A stretch of DNA of 64,000 nt from Candidatus Limnocylindrales bacterium (GTDB lineage Bacteria; Moduliflexota; Moduliflexia; Moduliflexales; JAUQPW01), in assembly GCA_035559535.1 (NCBI GenBank), contig DATMBG010000010.1, forward strand, positions 25,832-89,831, written 5' to 3'. Numbering within the stretch: position 1 is the first letter of the stretch; each line of letters begins with the position of its first letter. A model generated the notes under the pieces. The model saw only the letters and a program-made list of their open reading frames with translations, was not told where the DNA came from and made no database searches. Below, piece by piece: positions 39,143 through 48,107 of this stretch. The position numbers were made by a program, and so were the translations under genes.

Positions 39143-39727
39143 TCAAGAACCTTCTTCGGCCAGGTAGTTGTCCAATTCTGATTTCAGAATACGCCATTCC
39201 CTTCCTACCTTTTGAGCATTGAGAGATCCTTCTTTGATCATTCTCCGGATAACCGCCGGGGTAACTTGTAGATAAGCACTGGCCTGTGCAACGGTCATAA
39301 CCTGAGGGACCTGGGATCGTGCATCTCCCAGCATTCTCGGCGTTTCATCCCCATCCTTCAAAGCCCCCTCCGCCCCATCGGTCTCCCCCTCTTCGAGCGC
39401 TTCGTAGTCTATAAAACCCATCTCGATATTCCGGGTAGAATAGGCTTCCAACTCCCTCTGGTAGGTCTCAATACTGGAACGGGTAATTCCGGAGGCATAA
39501 CGAGCCAGAGAAAAAATAAAAACCATCGCCAATAAAACTCCAAGCCCCGCGATAAGATAATAAATGGCCAGGACCCCGGATCGTCCCAGAGCCGGAATAG
39601 CTTCGACAATCGCTATCCCTAAAACGAGACAAATAAGGATAATCACAAAATAAAGCAGGAAAGAAAACGCGGTTTTAATGGAGGTCCCCGGATCGTTCCA
39701 GCGATTCATGCGATTTTTACGTTTCAT
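39143..39727 (-). CDS. membrane protein with C-terminal excisionase-family HTH DNA-binding domain
   Basis: Two TM helices, then MTVAQASAYLQVTPAVIRRMIKEGSLNAQKVGREWRI (HTH_17-like). Confidence 0.5.
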   Translation of the reverse strand: MKRKNRMNRWNDPGTSIKTAFSFLLYFVIILICLVLGIAIVEAIPALGRSGVLAIYYLIAGLGVLLAMVFIFSLARYASGITRSSIETYQRELEAYSTRNIEMGFIDYEALEEGETDGAEGALKDGDETPRMLGDARSQVPQVMTVAQASAYLQVTPAVIRRMIKEGSLNAQKVGREWRILKSELDNYLAEEGS

Positions 39728-39786
39728 ATCATCACCTCGCTGCCATGCTAGGAAAATAAAAGGCGAAAGTCAAGGAAAAAATAAGC

Positions 39787-40086
39787 CTACCTGAAAATTT
39801 TTGAAAAGAACGCCTGGATTCTCCGAAACAAGGTCCTTTCGACGGAACTCTGGAAGATACCCACTTGTTTCTCCAAACGCTCGATCCGTAAGGTAAGGAT
39901 TTTGACGAGTTCTTGTAAATCTTTCACCTCTTCTTCGAGGGGGATTTCGCCGCCAGTTACATCGGTCCAGGCATCCCCAGAGAGTTCAGTCACTTCAACC
40001 ACCACACAGCAAACAGGGCAGATTAAAGAATCTGACTCCCGATCATAGGCAGGATAGTTAAAGGTATGATTATTAGCGCATCTCAT
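39787..40086 (-). CDS. small Cys-rich (zinc-ribbon-like) + coiled-coil protein
   Basis: C...C.VCC arrangement; 99 aa; 4-nt overlap with the upstream gene. Confidence 0.3.
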   Translation of the reverse strand: MRCANNHTFNYPAYDRESDSLICPVCCVVVEVTELSGDAWTDVTGGEIPLEEEVKDLQELVKILTLRIERLEKQVGIFQSSVERTLFRRIQAFFSKIFR

Positions 40087-40721
40087 CGCTGGTAACGACC
40101 CATTAACTCGGCTTTAGCAAGAATATGGCCTTCCATAGCCTTGAGAAGTTCGGATTTGGTGGCTCCGGGCTTAAGATCCAGCATCTTGTCCAGGGCATAA
40201 AGCCTGAAGAAGTAGCGATGTGGGGCCCCTTTTGGTGGACATGGGCCTCCATATCCGATTTTACCAAAATCGTTGGTACCCTGTCTCTGGTTTCCTGCCA
40301 GGGTCTTCTGCTTTGGAATATTATCCGACAACTGTCGGACGTCTGGAGGTAAGTTAAAAATAATCCAATGAACCCATGTCTTGCCTGGAGCGTCAGGATC
40401 TTCAACGAGAAGGGCAAAACTCTTGGTTTGTTCTGGAGGATCTCCCCAACCTAAGGGAGGGGATATATTGGCTCCATCACAGGTATATTCCTTAGGAATA
40501 TTTCCACCCTCTTCAAAGGCAACGCTTCTAAGCTCAAAACTCATAACCACTTCTCCTTTCTCTTTCTGCTGGGCGCTTTTTGCACCCTCGGCCGGGTAGT
40601 TGAAGAAACAAAGAATGCCAATTACCCAAAGAATAACTTCCTTGCTTAACCATCTTTTCCTATCTTGATTGAGTAAACTTCTCGATTGGTGCGCCATCTT
40701 TGCTGAAGTCCAGGGTACCAC
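40083..40721 (-). CDS. YbhB/YbcL family PEBP (Raf-kinase-inhibitor-like) protein with signal peptide
   Basis: EYTCDGANISPPLGW ... LVEDPDAPGKTWVHWIIFNLP matches PEBP. Confidence 0.7.
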   Translation of the reverse strand: MVPWTSAKMAHQSRSLLNQDRKRWLSKEVILWVIGILCFFNYPAEGAKSAQQKEKGEVVMSFELRSVAFEEGGNIPKEYTCDGANISPPLGWGDPPEQTKSFALLVEDPDAPGKTWVHWIIFNLPPDVRQLSDNIPKQKTLAGNQRQGTNDFGKIGYGGPCPPKGAPHRYFFRLYALDKMLDLKPGATKSELLKAMEGHILAKAELMGRYQR

Positions 40722-40826
40722 CTCCCGGTATCGGCATGGGGGGCATTACTCTGGATTCATACCTTTTCCTCTCTGTAAAAAAGAATCCGATCCGAATTAC
40801 CCGATGGGGTAAAACTTTATTATTCC

Positions 40827-41624
40827 TCAGGTATTCAGTTTAGGCTTAATTCCATAAGCCAAAGCCCAATCGAGTCCCTCAGTTGTTTTACCCCTGGGAT
40901 GGTACTCACAACCTATCCATCCTTTATAGCCTATTCGATCTAGGAGGTCGAACAAATAAGGATAATTGATTTCACCGATGTTGGGTTCATGCCTTCCTGG
41001 CACCCCGGCAATCTGAATGTGGGCATACTGGCCCTGCATTTCTTGAAGATGGGCGGACAGATTTCCTTCCATAATCTGACAATGATACAGGTCTAGTTGG
41101 ATGGCCACATTGGGTTCGTTAATGCGTTTCAACAGCCGTTGGGCCTGGTCTTGTCGATTTAAAAAGTAGCCCGGTACATCGTAGGTGTTTATGGGCTCGA
41201 TGAGAATCATGACATTGTATCTGGCCGCTTTCCGGGCCGCAATTTTAATATTACGGATATATGTAGCCTCATAAACTTGAGGATCGGCATGTGGGGGGAT
41301 CAAGCCTGCCATTGCGTGGAGTCTTGGGCACTGTAAAACCCGGGCATAGGCCAAAGCGGTATCGACACCGGCTTCAAATTCGGCTTCACGACCCGGAATA
41401 CAGGCCAAACCTCGATCTCCTGCTTCTAGATTACCGGGTGGAAGATTAAATAAAACCTGCTGTAATCCGGCTCGATGAAGTCTTTGGGCGATTTCATGGG
41501 CCGGATAAGTGTAAGGAAACGGGAATTCGACAGCTTGAAATCCGGCATTGGCTGCCGCTTCAAAACGGTCCAAAAACTCAACTTCGGGAAACAAAAACCC
41601 CAAATTCGCTGCAAATTTTGGCAT
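40827..41624 (-). CDS. hydroxypyruvate isomerase family / 2-oxo-tetronate isomerase (OtnI-like)
   Basis: MPKFAANLGFLFPEVEFLDRFEAAANAGFQAVEF matches the Hyi-family N-terminus; TIM-barrel xylose-isomerase-like. Confidence 0.7.
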   Translation of the reverse strand: MPKFAANLGFLFPEVEFLDRFEAAANAGFQAVEFPFPYTYPAHEIAQRLHRAGLQQVLFNLPPGNLEAGDRGLACIPGREAEFEAGVDTALAYARVLQCPRLHAMAGLIPPHADPQVYEATYIRNIKIAARKAARYNVMILIEPINTYDVPGYFLNRQDQAQRLLKRINEPNVAIQLDLYHCQIMEGNLSAHLQEMQGQYAHIQIAGVPGRHEPNIGEINYPYLFDLLDRIGYKGWIGCEYHPRGKTTEGLDWALAYGIKPKLNT

Positions 41625-41747
41625 TTAAATACCCGCCCGCAAGGACACAAAACACCCAGGACCCACAAGGATCATCCCACGGGATAATACTTTTCATGTC
41701 CCTCAGGATTCTTTTTGTTTTTGTGCCCTGCTAACTAAACAATCTCT

Positions 41748-42383
41748 TTAAGATCTTGGAAAAATCCGGTTCAATTCTTCAACCTGATCTTCTGTTAAAC
41801 AACGTGGATGACGTCCATAGAGAAGCAGATAAAGTTTGGCTGTTTCTTCGAGTTCTTCGGTGGCATATACGGCTGCTTCCAGGGATGTTCCGGCGACGAC
41901 GGGGCCATGATTGGCCAGAAGTACGGCAGAATGTTTGCCGGCCAGAGCGCGTACGGCATCGCCGAGTTTTGGATCACCGGGACGATAATAGGGAATCAAC
42001 GGTAAGGTACCGACACGCATGATATAATAGGCTGTCAGAGGGGGAAGTACATTATCGGGATTCACATGGGGTAAACAGGACACGGCCACGGCAAAAGTGG
42101 AATGCAGATGAACGATTCCCCCACAGGTTTTTCGTTCCTGGTACATGGCCAGATGGAGAAAGGCTTCCTTGGAAGGGGGATCGCCACTGAGGAGCTTACC
42201 TTCCCAGTTCAATTTAGAGATGCGGGCAGGATCTAATCGTCCCAGACAGGAATTGGTAGGGGTTAACAACCAGCCATCGTCTACTTTTGCGCTGATATTT
42301 CCGGAACTTCCTGCCGTTAAACCCCGGTCAAAAAGAGATTGACCGAATAGACAGATCTGTTCTCTTAATCGGTTTTCATTCAT
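41748..42383 (-). CDS. class II aldolase/adducin family; 3-oxo-tetronate 4-phosphate decarboxylase (OtnC)-like
   Basis: Zn-binding His pattern (HLH ... H); 211 aa; 4-nt overlap with the upstream kinase gene. Confidence 0.65.
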   Translation of the reverse strand: MNENRLREQICLFGQSLFDRGLTAGSSGNISAKVDDGWLLTPTNSCLGRLDPARISKLNWEGKLLSGDPPSKEAFLHLAMYQERKTCGGIVHLHSTFAVAVSCLPHVNPDNVLPPLTAYYIMRVGTLPLIPYYRPGDPKLGDAVRALAGKHSAVLLANHGPVVAGTSLEAAVYATEELEETAKLYLLLYGRHPRCLTEDQVEELNRIFPRS

Positions 42384-43645
42384 GGCTGACTATCCAACGC
42401 TTCCTGGAAAAAGTTTTTCGACCCGAAGTTACCAGATTTAAGGGCTAAAGCAAAGGGTTTATCATTCAAACTCGTCGTCCAGGGTACTCCCGGTGCTATC
42501 TGAGGTCCAATCCGTAAAGCCGAAACGTTTAGCGCACGAACCACCGCACCGGAGGTTTCACCTCCGGCCACAATAAATTTTCGTACACCTACCTCGACCA
42601 GATGCCTGGCGATTTCGGCAAAGGCATTTTCAATAACCTGACTTGCCCTTTCGACTCCCAGTTTGTTCTGCACGGCTTTAACTTCCCCGGGTTTACTGGT
42701 TGCATAAATCAACACGGGCCCCTTTTCCAGCAGAGGAGTTGCCCATACCATGACTTCGTTGATCTGCTCGGGCCCCTCCGCAAGGCGTAGGGGATCGAGT
42801 TTAAAAGAAGGATACTTTTGTTGCATGATGGCAACCTGTTCCTGGGTAGCCGGGGAGCAGCTCCCGGATAGCACAACGGATTTACCTTCAATGGTGGGCA
42901 ATTTATCGGCCTGTATCTCGGCCTTCAACAAACCTTTACGGCGAAAGTTATCCGGCAATCCCATGGAGATTCCGGAACCTCCTGTAACCAGCGGCATGTC
43001 TGCACAGGCATGACCTATCGCCATAAGATGGGAATCCTCTAAAGCATCCACGATGGCATAGCGATACCCTTCTTCTGCCAGGGAGGTAAAGGCCTGTCGA
43101 ATTGCCTGCTCTCCCTGTTTAACAATATCGTAGGGGACCAAACCTACCCGATGTTTCGCCTGCCGACCCAGCACCCGGACCAGATTGGCATCGGTCATGG
43201 GCGTAAGGGGATGGTGTTGCATTCCACTTTCATTTAAGAGGACATCTCCTACAAACAGATGCCCTTTATAGAGGGTCCGCTTGTTTTTAGGAAAAGCCGG
43301 ACAGGCTATGGTAAAGTTCGAGCCCAGGGCGTCTAACAGCGCATCGGTCACCGGACCGATATTTCCCTGATCGGTAGAATCGAAGGTTGAGCAGTATTTG
43401 AAAAAATACTGTCGACAACCTGCTTCCTGAAGCCAGTGCAAAGCCGACAGAGATTGATTCACTGCGTCTTGAGCCGGAATCGTCCGAGACTTCAAAGCAA
43501 TGACAAGGGCATCGGTATCTATAGAGACGCCGGAAGTAGGTACCTCAATGGTCATAACCGTCCTCATCCCTGCTTCGACCAGCATCCCTGCCAAATCCGT
43601 TGCTCCGGTAAAATCGTCTGCAATACAACCAAGTAGAATACCCAT
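42380..43645 (-). CDS. four-carbon acid sugar kinase family protein (OtnK-like, DUF1537/DUF2877)
   Basis: MGILLGCIADDFTGATDLA matches the family N-terminal signature; 421 aa. Confidence 0.7.
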   Translation of the reverse strand: MGILLGCIADDFTGATDLAGMLVEAGMRTVMTIEVPTSGVSIDTDALVIALKSRTIPAQDAVNQSLSALHWLQEAGCRQYFFKYCSTFDSTDQGNIGPVTDALLDALGSNFTIACPAFPKNKRTLYKGHLFVGDVLLNESGMQHHPLTPMTDANLVRVLGRQAKHRVGLVPYDIVKQGEQAIRQAFTSLAEEGYRYAIVDALEDSHLMAIGHACADMPLVTGGSGISMGLPDNFRRKGLLKAEIQADKLPTIEGKSVVLSGSCSPATQEQVAIMQQKYPSFKLDPLRLAEGPEQINEVMVWATPLLEKGPVLIYATSKPGEVKAVQNKLGVERASQVIENAFAEIARHLVEVGVRKFIVAGGETSGAVVRALNVSALRIGPQIAPGVPWTTSLNDKPFALALKSGNFGSKNFFQEALDSQP

Positions 43646-43858
43646 AATCTATGACTCCTTCACCCAGAGTTCTTCTAACTTTATGGAAGAAGGTCCTTTA
43701 TAAAGACATTTAGTAAATCTGAAAAGCAAGGTATCCTGGAAAGATTGCTTCGTCAAGGGAAAAAGGAGGTGATATTTATAAATGGATCGATTTATCCCCA
43801 CTTCTGATCTTTTCAGGGTTCCTCTCTGTGAGAATCCTTAAAAAGGCTCCCTGGACCC

Positions 43859-45025
43859 TCACAGAATCCGATAACGCTGTACAAAATCTGGATTCAAGGT
43901 CACTCCAAGTCCGGGCTTATCGGGAATCCGGATAAATCCATCTTGGACAACGGGAGGATCCACAGCCAGTTCGTGGAGCATGGGATTAAAGCCCAGGGAA
44001 TATTCCAGAATGGTACAATGGGGGGTTGCTGCAGCCAGTTGCAAACCTGCCGCAAAGAGGAGTGCCGAACCCCATAAATGGGGAGCTATGGTAAGCTGAA
44101 AGGTACTGGCCAGTGCAGCGACCCGAACGGCTTCTGTAATTCCTCCCATGATGGCCAGATCCGGTTGTAAGATGTCTACTGCGCCGGACGTTATGAGATC
44201 CCGGAAGTCAAAACGGGTGGCTTCACTTTCACCGCTGGCAATGGGGATATCGGTACTGGCCCGTACCTCAGCCAGACCTGCCTTATTATCGGCATTCACC
44301 GGTTCCTCGAACCAGGTCAGATCGCAATTTTCGACCTTACGGGCGAAACGTTGGGCTTCCCGGACACTAAAGGTACCGTGGGCGTCCACCATGATTCCGA
44401 TATGCGGACCTAAAGCCTCCCGGGCCGCCTGAACCCGGGCTGCAGACGTCGCTACGTCTCCGTCCATGACCCCTACCCGCATTTTCACAGCACGAAAGCC
44501 ACCCCGATCGATGTAACCCTGTAACTGGGCTCCGATTCCTTTCACATCGGCCCAACCGCCACTGGCGTAGGCGGGTAAGCTATCCCGACATTTACCGCCC
44601 AATAATTGATAAACGGGCACACCCAGTGATTTTCCCAGAATATCCCACAAAGCCATATCAATCCCACTGATGGCGGAGATTCGAATCCCCCGGCGATCCA
44701 GCACCGGAAAGCCCCTTCCACGGGTAAGGGCATAGTGCCCTCGAACCCCATTATAGAGTTCTTCCCAAATTGCACTGATCTGGCGAGGATCACGTCCGAT
44801 CAGTATCGGTTTCAGTTCCTGGGTGATCATAGCCACGAGGGCATGATGGTCACTGCTACTTCCAACTTGAGCTTTGGCCTCCCCGTAACCGCTAATCCCG
44901 GTATCGGTTACGATTTCCACCAGGGTCATATCAAAAGTAGCAACACGACCGAAATCACTGACGTGTTGCCTGTCTTCAGGAATCGGATAACGCAGCCAGG
45001 TAGCTTTTACATCGGTAATTTTCAC
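43859..45025 (-). CDS. enolase-superfamily enzyme (mandelate racemase / muconate lactonizing enzyme subgroup; probable acid-sugar dehydratase)
   Basis: N-terminal capping domain plus barrel with metal ligands (D..E..D pattern, KxK region); 388 aa. Confidence 0.7.
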   Translation of the reverse strand: MKITDVKATWLRYPIPEDRQHVSDFGRVATFDMTLVEIVTDTGISGYGEAKAQVGSSSDHHALVAMITQELKPILIGRDPRQISAIWEELYNGVRGHYALTRGRGFPVLDRRGIRISAISGIDMALWDILGKSLGVPVYQLLGGKCRDSLPAYASGGWADVKGIGAQLQGYIDRGGFRAVKMRVGVMDGDVATSAARVQAAREALGPHIGIMVDAHGTFSVREAQRFARKVENCDLTWFEEPVNADNKAGLAEVRASTDIPIASGESEATRFDFRDLITSGAVDILQPDLAIMGGITEAVRVAALASTFQLTIAPHLWGSALLFAAGLQLAAATPHCTILEYSLGFNPMLHELAVDPPVVQDGFIRIPDKPGLGVTLNPDFVQRYRIL

Positions 45026-45071
45026 GATCCTCTCCTTTCAAACTATACGTTGCTACACTTCCCCAAGATTG

Positions 45072-46586
45072 TTAAGTAATTCCCCGGGTCTCATAACATT
45101 TGGCTACTTTCTCCAATGCACACACATGGGCGGCTGTCCTGAGATCCGGTAACTTTTTCTGATACATGTAGTCGGTGATTTGATAATGGACTTCTCGCAT
45201 CTTCCTTTCCAGGGCCGTCATGATAACGGTTCGTTCATCAATGACCTTGTCCATAACCTCTGAAATGATGGCCAGTTCGTTTATAAATCTCTCCACATCG
45301 TATCCCCTTTGTCGGGACATTTCTTGAACCCGGGGGTGTTGCAGGATACGTTTTCGGTGTTCCCTCAATACATGGGCCGTTAGTCCTTCCGCAGTATAAG
45401 AGCCCCCAAACCGGGTATTGTTAATGGCTTTATCGATTTCCAGGTAAGATACAAAGGCTCCCCCGATGTTGGTAATAATATCGGGTGAGATATAAATACC
45501 TTCTTTGATTAACCTTTCATCTGCTTCGGGGGTGATGGGTCCATTGGCTCCTTCAAAAATGGCCTTTGCCCGGATCATGTGGTAATTTTCCAGAGTGATC
45601 TGATTTTCCAGAGCGGCCGGAACAAGGATATCACACGGGACTCCCAGTACTGCTTGAGAATCTCCATAAAACTTCGCACCCGAGAATCCTACCACAGTTC
45701 CCGTTTCGGCCACATGCTTCCTCAACAGGGGAATATCTATTCCTTTTTCGTTCAGGATAGTTCCCCTTTCATCTCCTACGGCTATAATCCTGGCCCCTTC
45801 TCGATCTGCCATATCTGCAACCCAGGAGCCAACATTGCCAAATCCTTGAATGGCCAGGGTCAAACCGTCCAGGGTTCGACGTTGAATGGTTGGAATTCTC
45901 CTATCTTCCAAAGCTGCTTTAATCATCATGACCACGCCATACCCGGTCGCCTCGACCCGACCATCGATTCCTCCGTTCACCACAGACTTACTGGTTATAA
46001 TGGCCTTGTTCTCCCGGCTGGTTGGATTCAGCCGCATATCATACTCATCGAAGAAAATGTCTGCGTATTTTTGCTTGAATCCCACATCAGGAGCACAACT
46101 ATAAACTCCGGTTCCTATAAGGCCCGCCCGGTGCATCTCTCCGGCCAGCCTTCGAATCAGGTTTTCTTCAACGACATTTTTTTCCTTGGGTGACAGAGAC
46201 TTATACCAATCATCTTCCCAATCTACCACAACCCCTGTCTTGGCTCCGCCGTGGGGAATATCCGCGGCGGCCAGCTTCCAGGTCATATCGGAGGCCAGGC
46301 CTTTAACCACATCTAAGGTAACCCCTTTGTGCAATCGGATACCTCCCCGCATGGGTTTCTTGTGCTCACTATGGTGGACCACATAACCGGTTAAATTGAC
46401 CAGAACTCGATCTCCCAATTCCACAGGGATGGTTAACTCTCCCACCCTTACCGGGGTCTCTATTTTACTGAGAAGGACTTTGTCAATTCCTAATATCTCA
46501 CCGGCCTTACGAACTCTGTATCGAACGCTGTGATAGAAAGATTGTACCTCCCCCATGCCATTTTCCTCCTTAGCCTGTACAGGCAA
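45072..46586 (-). CDS. Glu/Leu/Phe/Val-family amino-acid dehydrogenase (glutamate dehydrogenase-like)
   Basis: RGGIRLHKGVT and GGAKTGV motifs, and a C-terminal Rossmann domain (GFGNVGS). Confidence 0.8.
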   Translation of the reverse strand: MPVQAKEENGMGEVQSFYHSVRYRVRKAGEILGIDKVLLSKIETPVRVGELTIPVELGDRVLVNLTGYVVHHSEHKKPMRGGIRLHKGVTLDVVKGLASDMTWKLAAADIPHGGAKTGVVVDWEDDWYKSLSPKEKNVVEENLIRRLAGEMHRAGLIGTGVYSCAPDVGFKQKYADIFFDEYDMRLNPTSRENKAIITSKSVVNGGIDGRVEATGYGVVMMIKAALEDRRIPTIQRRTLDGLTLAIQGFGNVGSWVADMADREGARIIAVGDERGTILNEKGIDIPLLRKHVAETGTVVGFSGAKFYGDSQAVLGVPCDILVPAALENQITLENYHMIRAKAIFEGANGPITPEADERLIKEGIYISPDIITNIGGAFVSYLEIDKAINNTRFGGSYTAEGLTAHVLREHRKRILQHPRVQEMSRQRGYDVERFINELAIISEVMDKVIDERTVIMTALERKMREVHYQITDYMYQKKLPDLRTAAHVCALEKVAKCYETRGIT

Positions 46587-46689
46587 TTTTAACTTTATGT
46601 TTCATTTAAAACCGGGAATAAAATTTGCAGAAAACTACTCGCAAATAAAAATAGAAAAACCATCCTTTATGGATTATAGATAGATTGAA

Positions 46690-46807
46690 GAAGGACCATG
46701 GAAGTGTGGGAGTATAGGAGTATGGAAGTATGGAAGTGTAGAGGAATATATCCCTACACTCCCATACCCCCACACTCTCCTACCCCCATACTTTCATGGT
46801 CCTTTGA
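46690..46807. repeat. ~118-nt imperfect hairpin built from 5 tandem octamers (GTGTGGGA GTATAGGA GTATGGAA GTATGGAA GTGTAGAG) and their inverted complement, flanked by GAAGGACCATGGAAG / CTTTCATGGTCCTT
   Basis: Read directly from the sequence upstream of the gdh start. Confidence 0.65.
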
Positions 46808-46825
46808 AAATCTATGTAACCCCTA

Positions 46826-46993
46826 TATAGGGGAGTCTAAATCCTTCGACTTTTCTAAATTTTCTTCTTTTTGTGTTTTAGGTAAACGTGGATAAGGTTT
46901 ATATTTAGTAAATTTAATAGCAAAAAAGTAACCATAAACGGCCAGGGCCAGCCCTAAGATAAAAGCTATCACCATGAAAATATTTCTCCACAT
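46826..46993 (-). CDS. unannotated small (~55 aa) membrane protein MWRNIFMVIAFILGLALAVYGYFFAIKF...
   Basis: ATG at 46993 preceded by GAGGAAAG. One TM helix then a charged tail. The TAG stop lies inside the CCCCTATATAGGGG palindrome. It is below the ORF-track length cutoff. Confidence 0.3.
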
Positions 46994-47042
46994 AACTTTC
47001 CTCTACCGTTGCGGGAGAGTCGATTCCACCGATTAATTAAAA

Positions 47043-48014
47043 ATGGTTCCTGAGAAGTTAAGACATCTTTCCTTACCATTCCTTTTAAATTTCCGGCTTT
47101 ACCTCCTGTTTTATTTAAGTATGAACTGGGCAGTTGGGTCTTGTCAAGTTTATTCCCGATTTCCCCAGTTTAATGAAACTAAAGCCTTTCAACACCTGGA
47201 GCAACAGGTTCGTTTTGGACCTCGAAATCCAGGCTCCCGAGGACATGAACTCACCAGGAATTATCTGATCACCCAGCTCAAGTCCTATACTCCCCGGGTC
47301 GAGTTCCAGGATTTTAGCTTTAAAGAAGGAGAAATCCACTACACCTTAACAAATATTATAGGTATTTTTGGCCCGGATAAGCCGTCCCCACAGAAATCCA
47401 GTTATATTCTGGCTGCGCACTGGGATACACGTCCCTGGGCCGATCAAGATCCGAATCCCGATAATCACAGGAAACCCATTCCCGGAGCTAATGATGGGGC
47501 TTCGGGTGTTGCCGTACTCCTTGAAATGGCCAGACTCTTTGCGCAACAGCAGCCGGACAGACGGGTCATTGTAGTTTTCTTCGATGGAGAAGATCTTGGG
47601 AAGACTTATAGACCGGGAGAAGAGATGAACAACAACTGGCTTTTGGGATCTAAATACTTTGCTCGTCATATCGGTTCTTATAAAACAGATTATGGAATTG
47701 TGTTGGACATGATCGGGGATCAGAACCTGGATATTTACAAAGAGAAATTGTCACTGGATCGGGCACCCGGTTTAGTAGATAAGATCTGGGGTATCGCAGA
47801 AAAGCTCGGATACAAGGAATTCCGCAAAGAACCGGGGACTTTCATTTTTGATGATCACTGGTCTTTAAATTTTCTGGCGGGAATTCCTTCCGTAGATTTG
47901 ATTGATCTGGATTATCCTTACTGGCATACCTTGGACGATACCCCGGACAAATGTAGTCCCCGAAGTTTAAAGGTTGTTGGAGATGTTCTGATTCATTTGA
48001 TATACGGAGAGTAA
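47043..48014 (+). CDS. M28-family zinc peptidase / glutaminyl-peptide cyclotransferase-like protein
   Basis: AAHWDTRPWADQD ... GANDGASGVAVLLEMARLF ... FFDGEDLG motifs. Confidence 0.6.
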   Translation: MVPEKLRHLSLPFLLNFRLYLLFYLSMNWAVGSCQVYSRFPQFNETKAFQHLEQQVRFGPRNPGSRGHELTRNYLITQLKSYTPRVEFQDFSFKEGEIHYTLTNIIGIFGPDKPSPQKSSYILAAHWDTRPWADQDPNPDNHRKPIPGANDGASGVAVLLEMARLFAQQQPDRRVIVVFFDGEDLGKTYRPGEEMNNNWLLGSKYFARHIGSYKTDYGIVLDMIGDQNLDIYKEKLSLDRAPGLVDKIWGIAEKLGYKEFRKEPGTFIFDDHWSLNFLAGIPSVDLIDLDYPYWHTLDDTPDKCSPRSLKVVGDVLIHLIYGE

Positions 48015-48036
48015 AGGGGAATCTCCGTGGTTTTTC
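48005..48036 (+). terminator. hairpin ACGGAGA-gtaaaggggaa-TCTCCGT + T-run after the peptidase gene
   Basis: 7-bp stem followed by ggtttttcc. Confidence 0.4.
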
Positions 48037-48037
48037 C

Positions 48038-48067
48038 TTGACGGTTAAACAAAAAGCCTGTTATATA
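48038..48067 (+). promoter_or_regulatory. sigma-70-like promoter TTGACG-N17/18-TATATA upstream of ftsH
   Basis: -35 at 48038-48043 and -10 around 48062-48067, about 40 nt before the ftsH start. Confidence 0.4.
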
Positions 48068-48107
48068 GCTTATCGGTTAATTGGGTTAATCTGGGGAGGA
48101 ATGGCGT

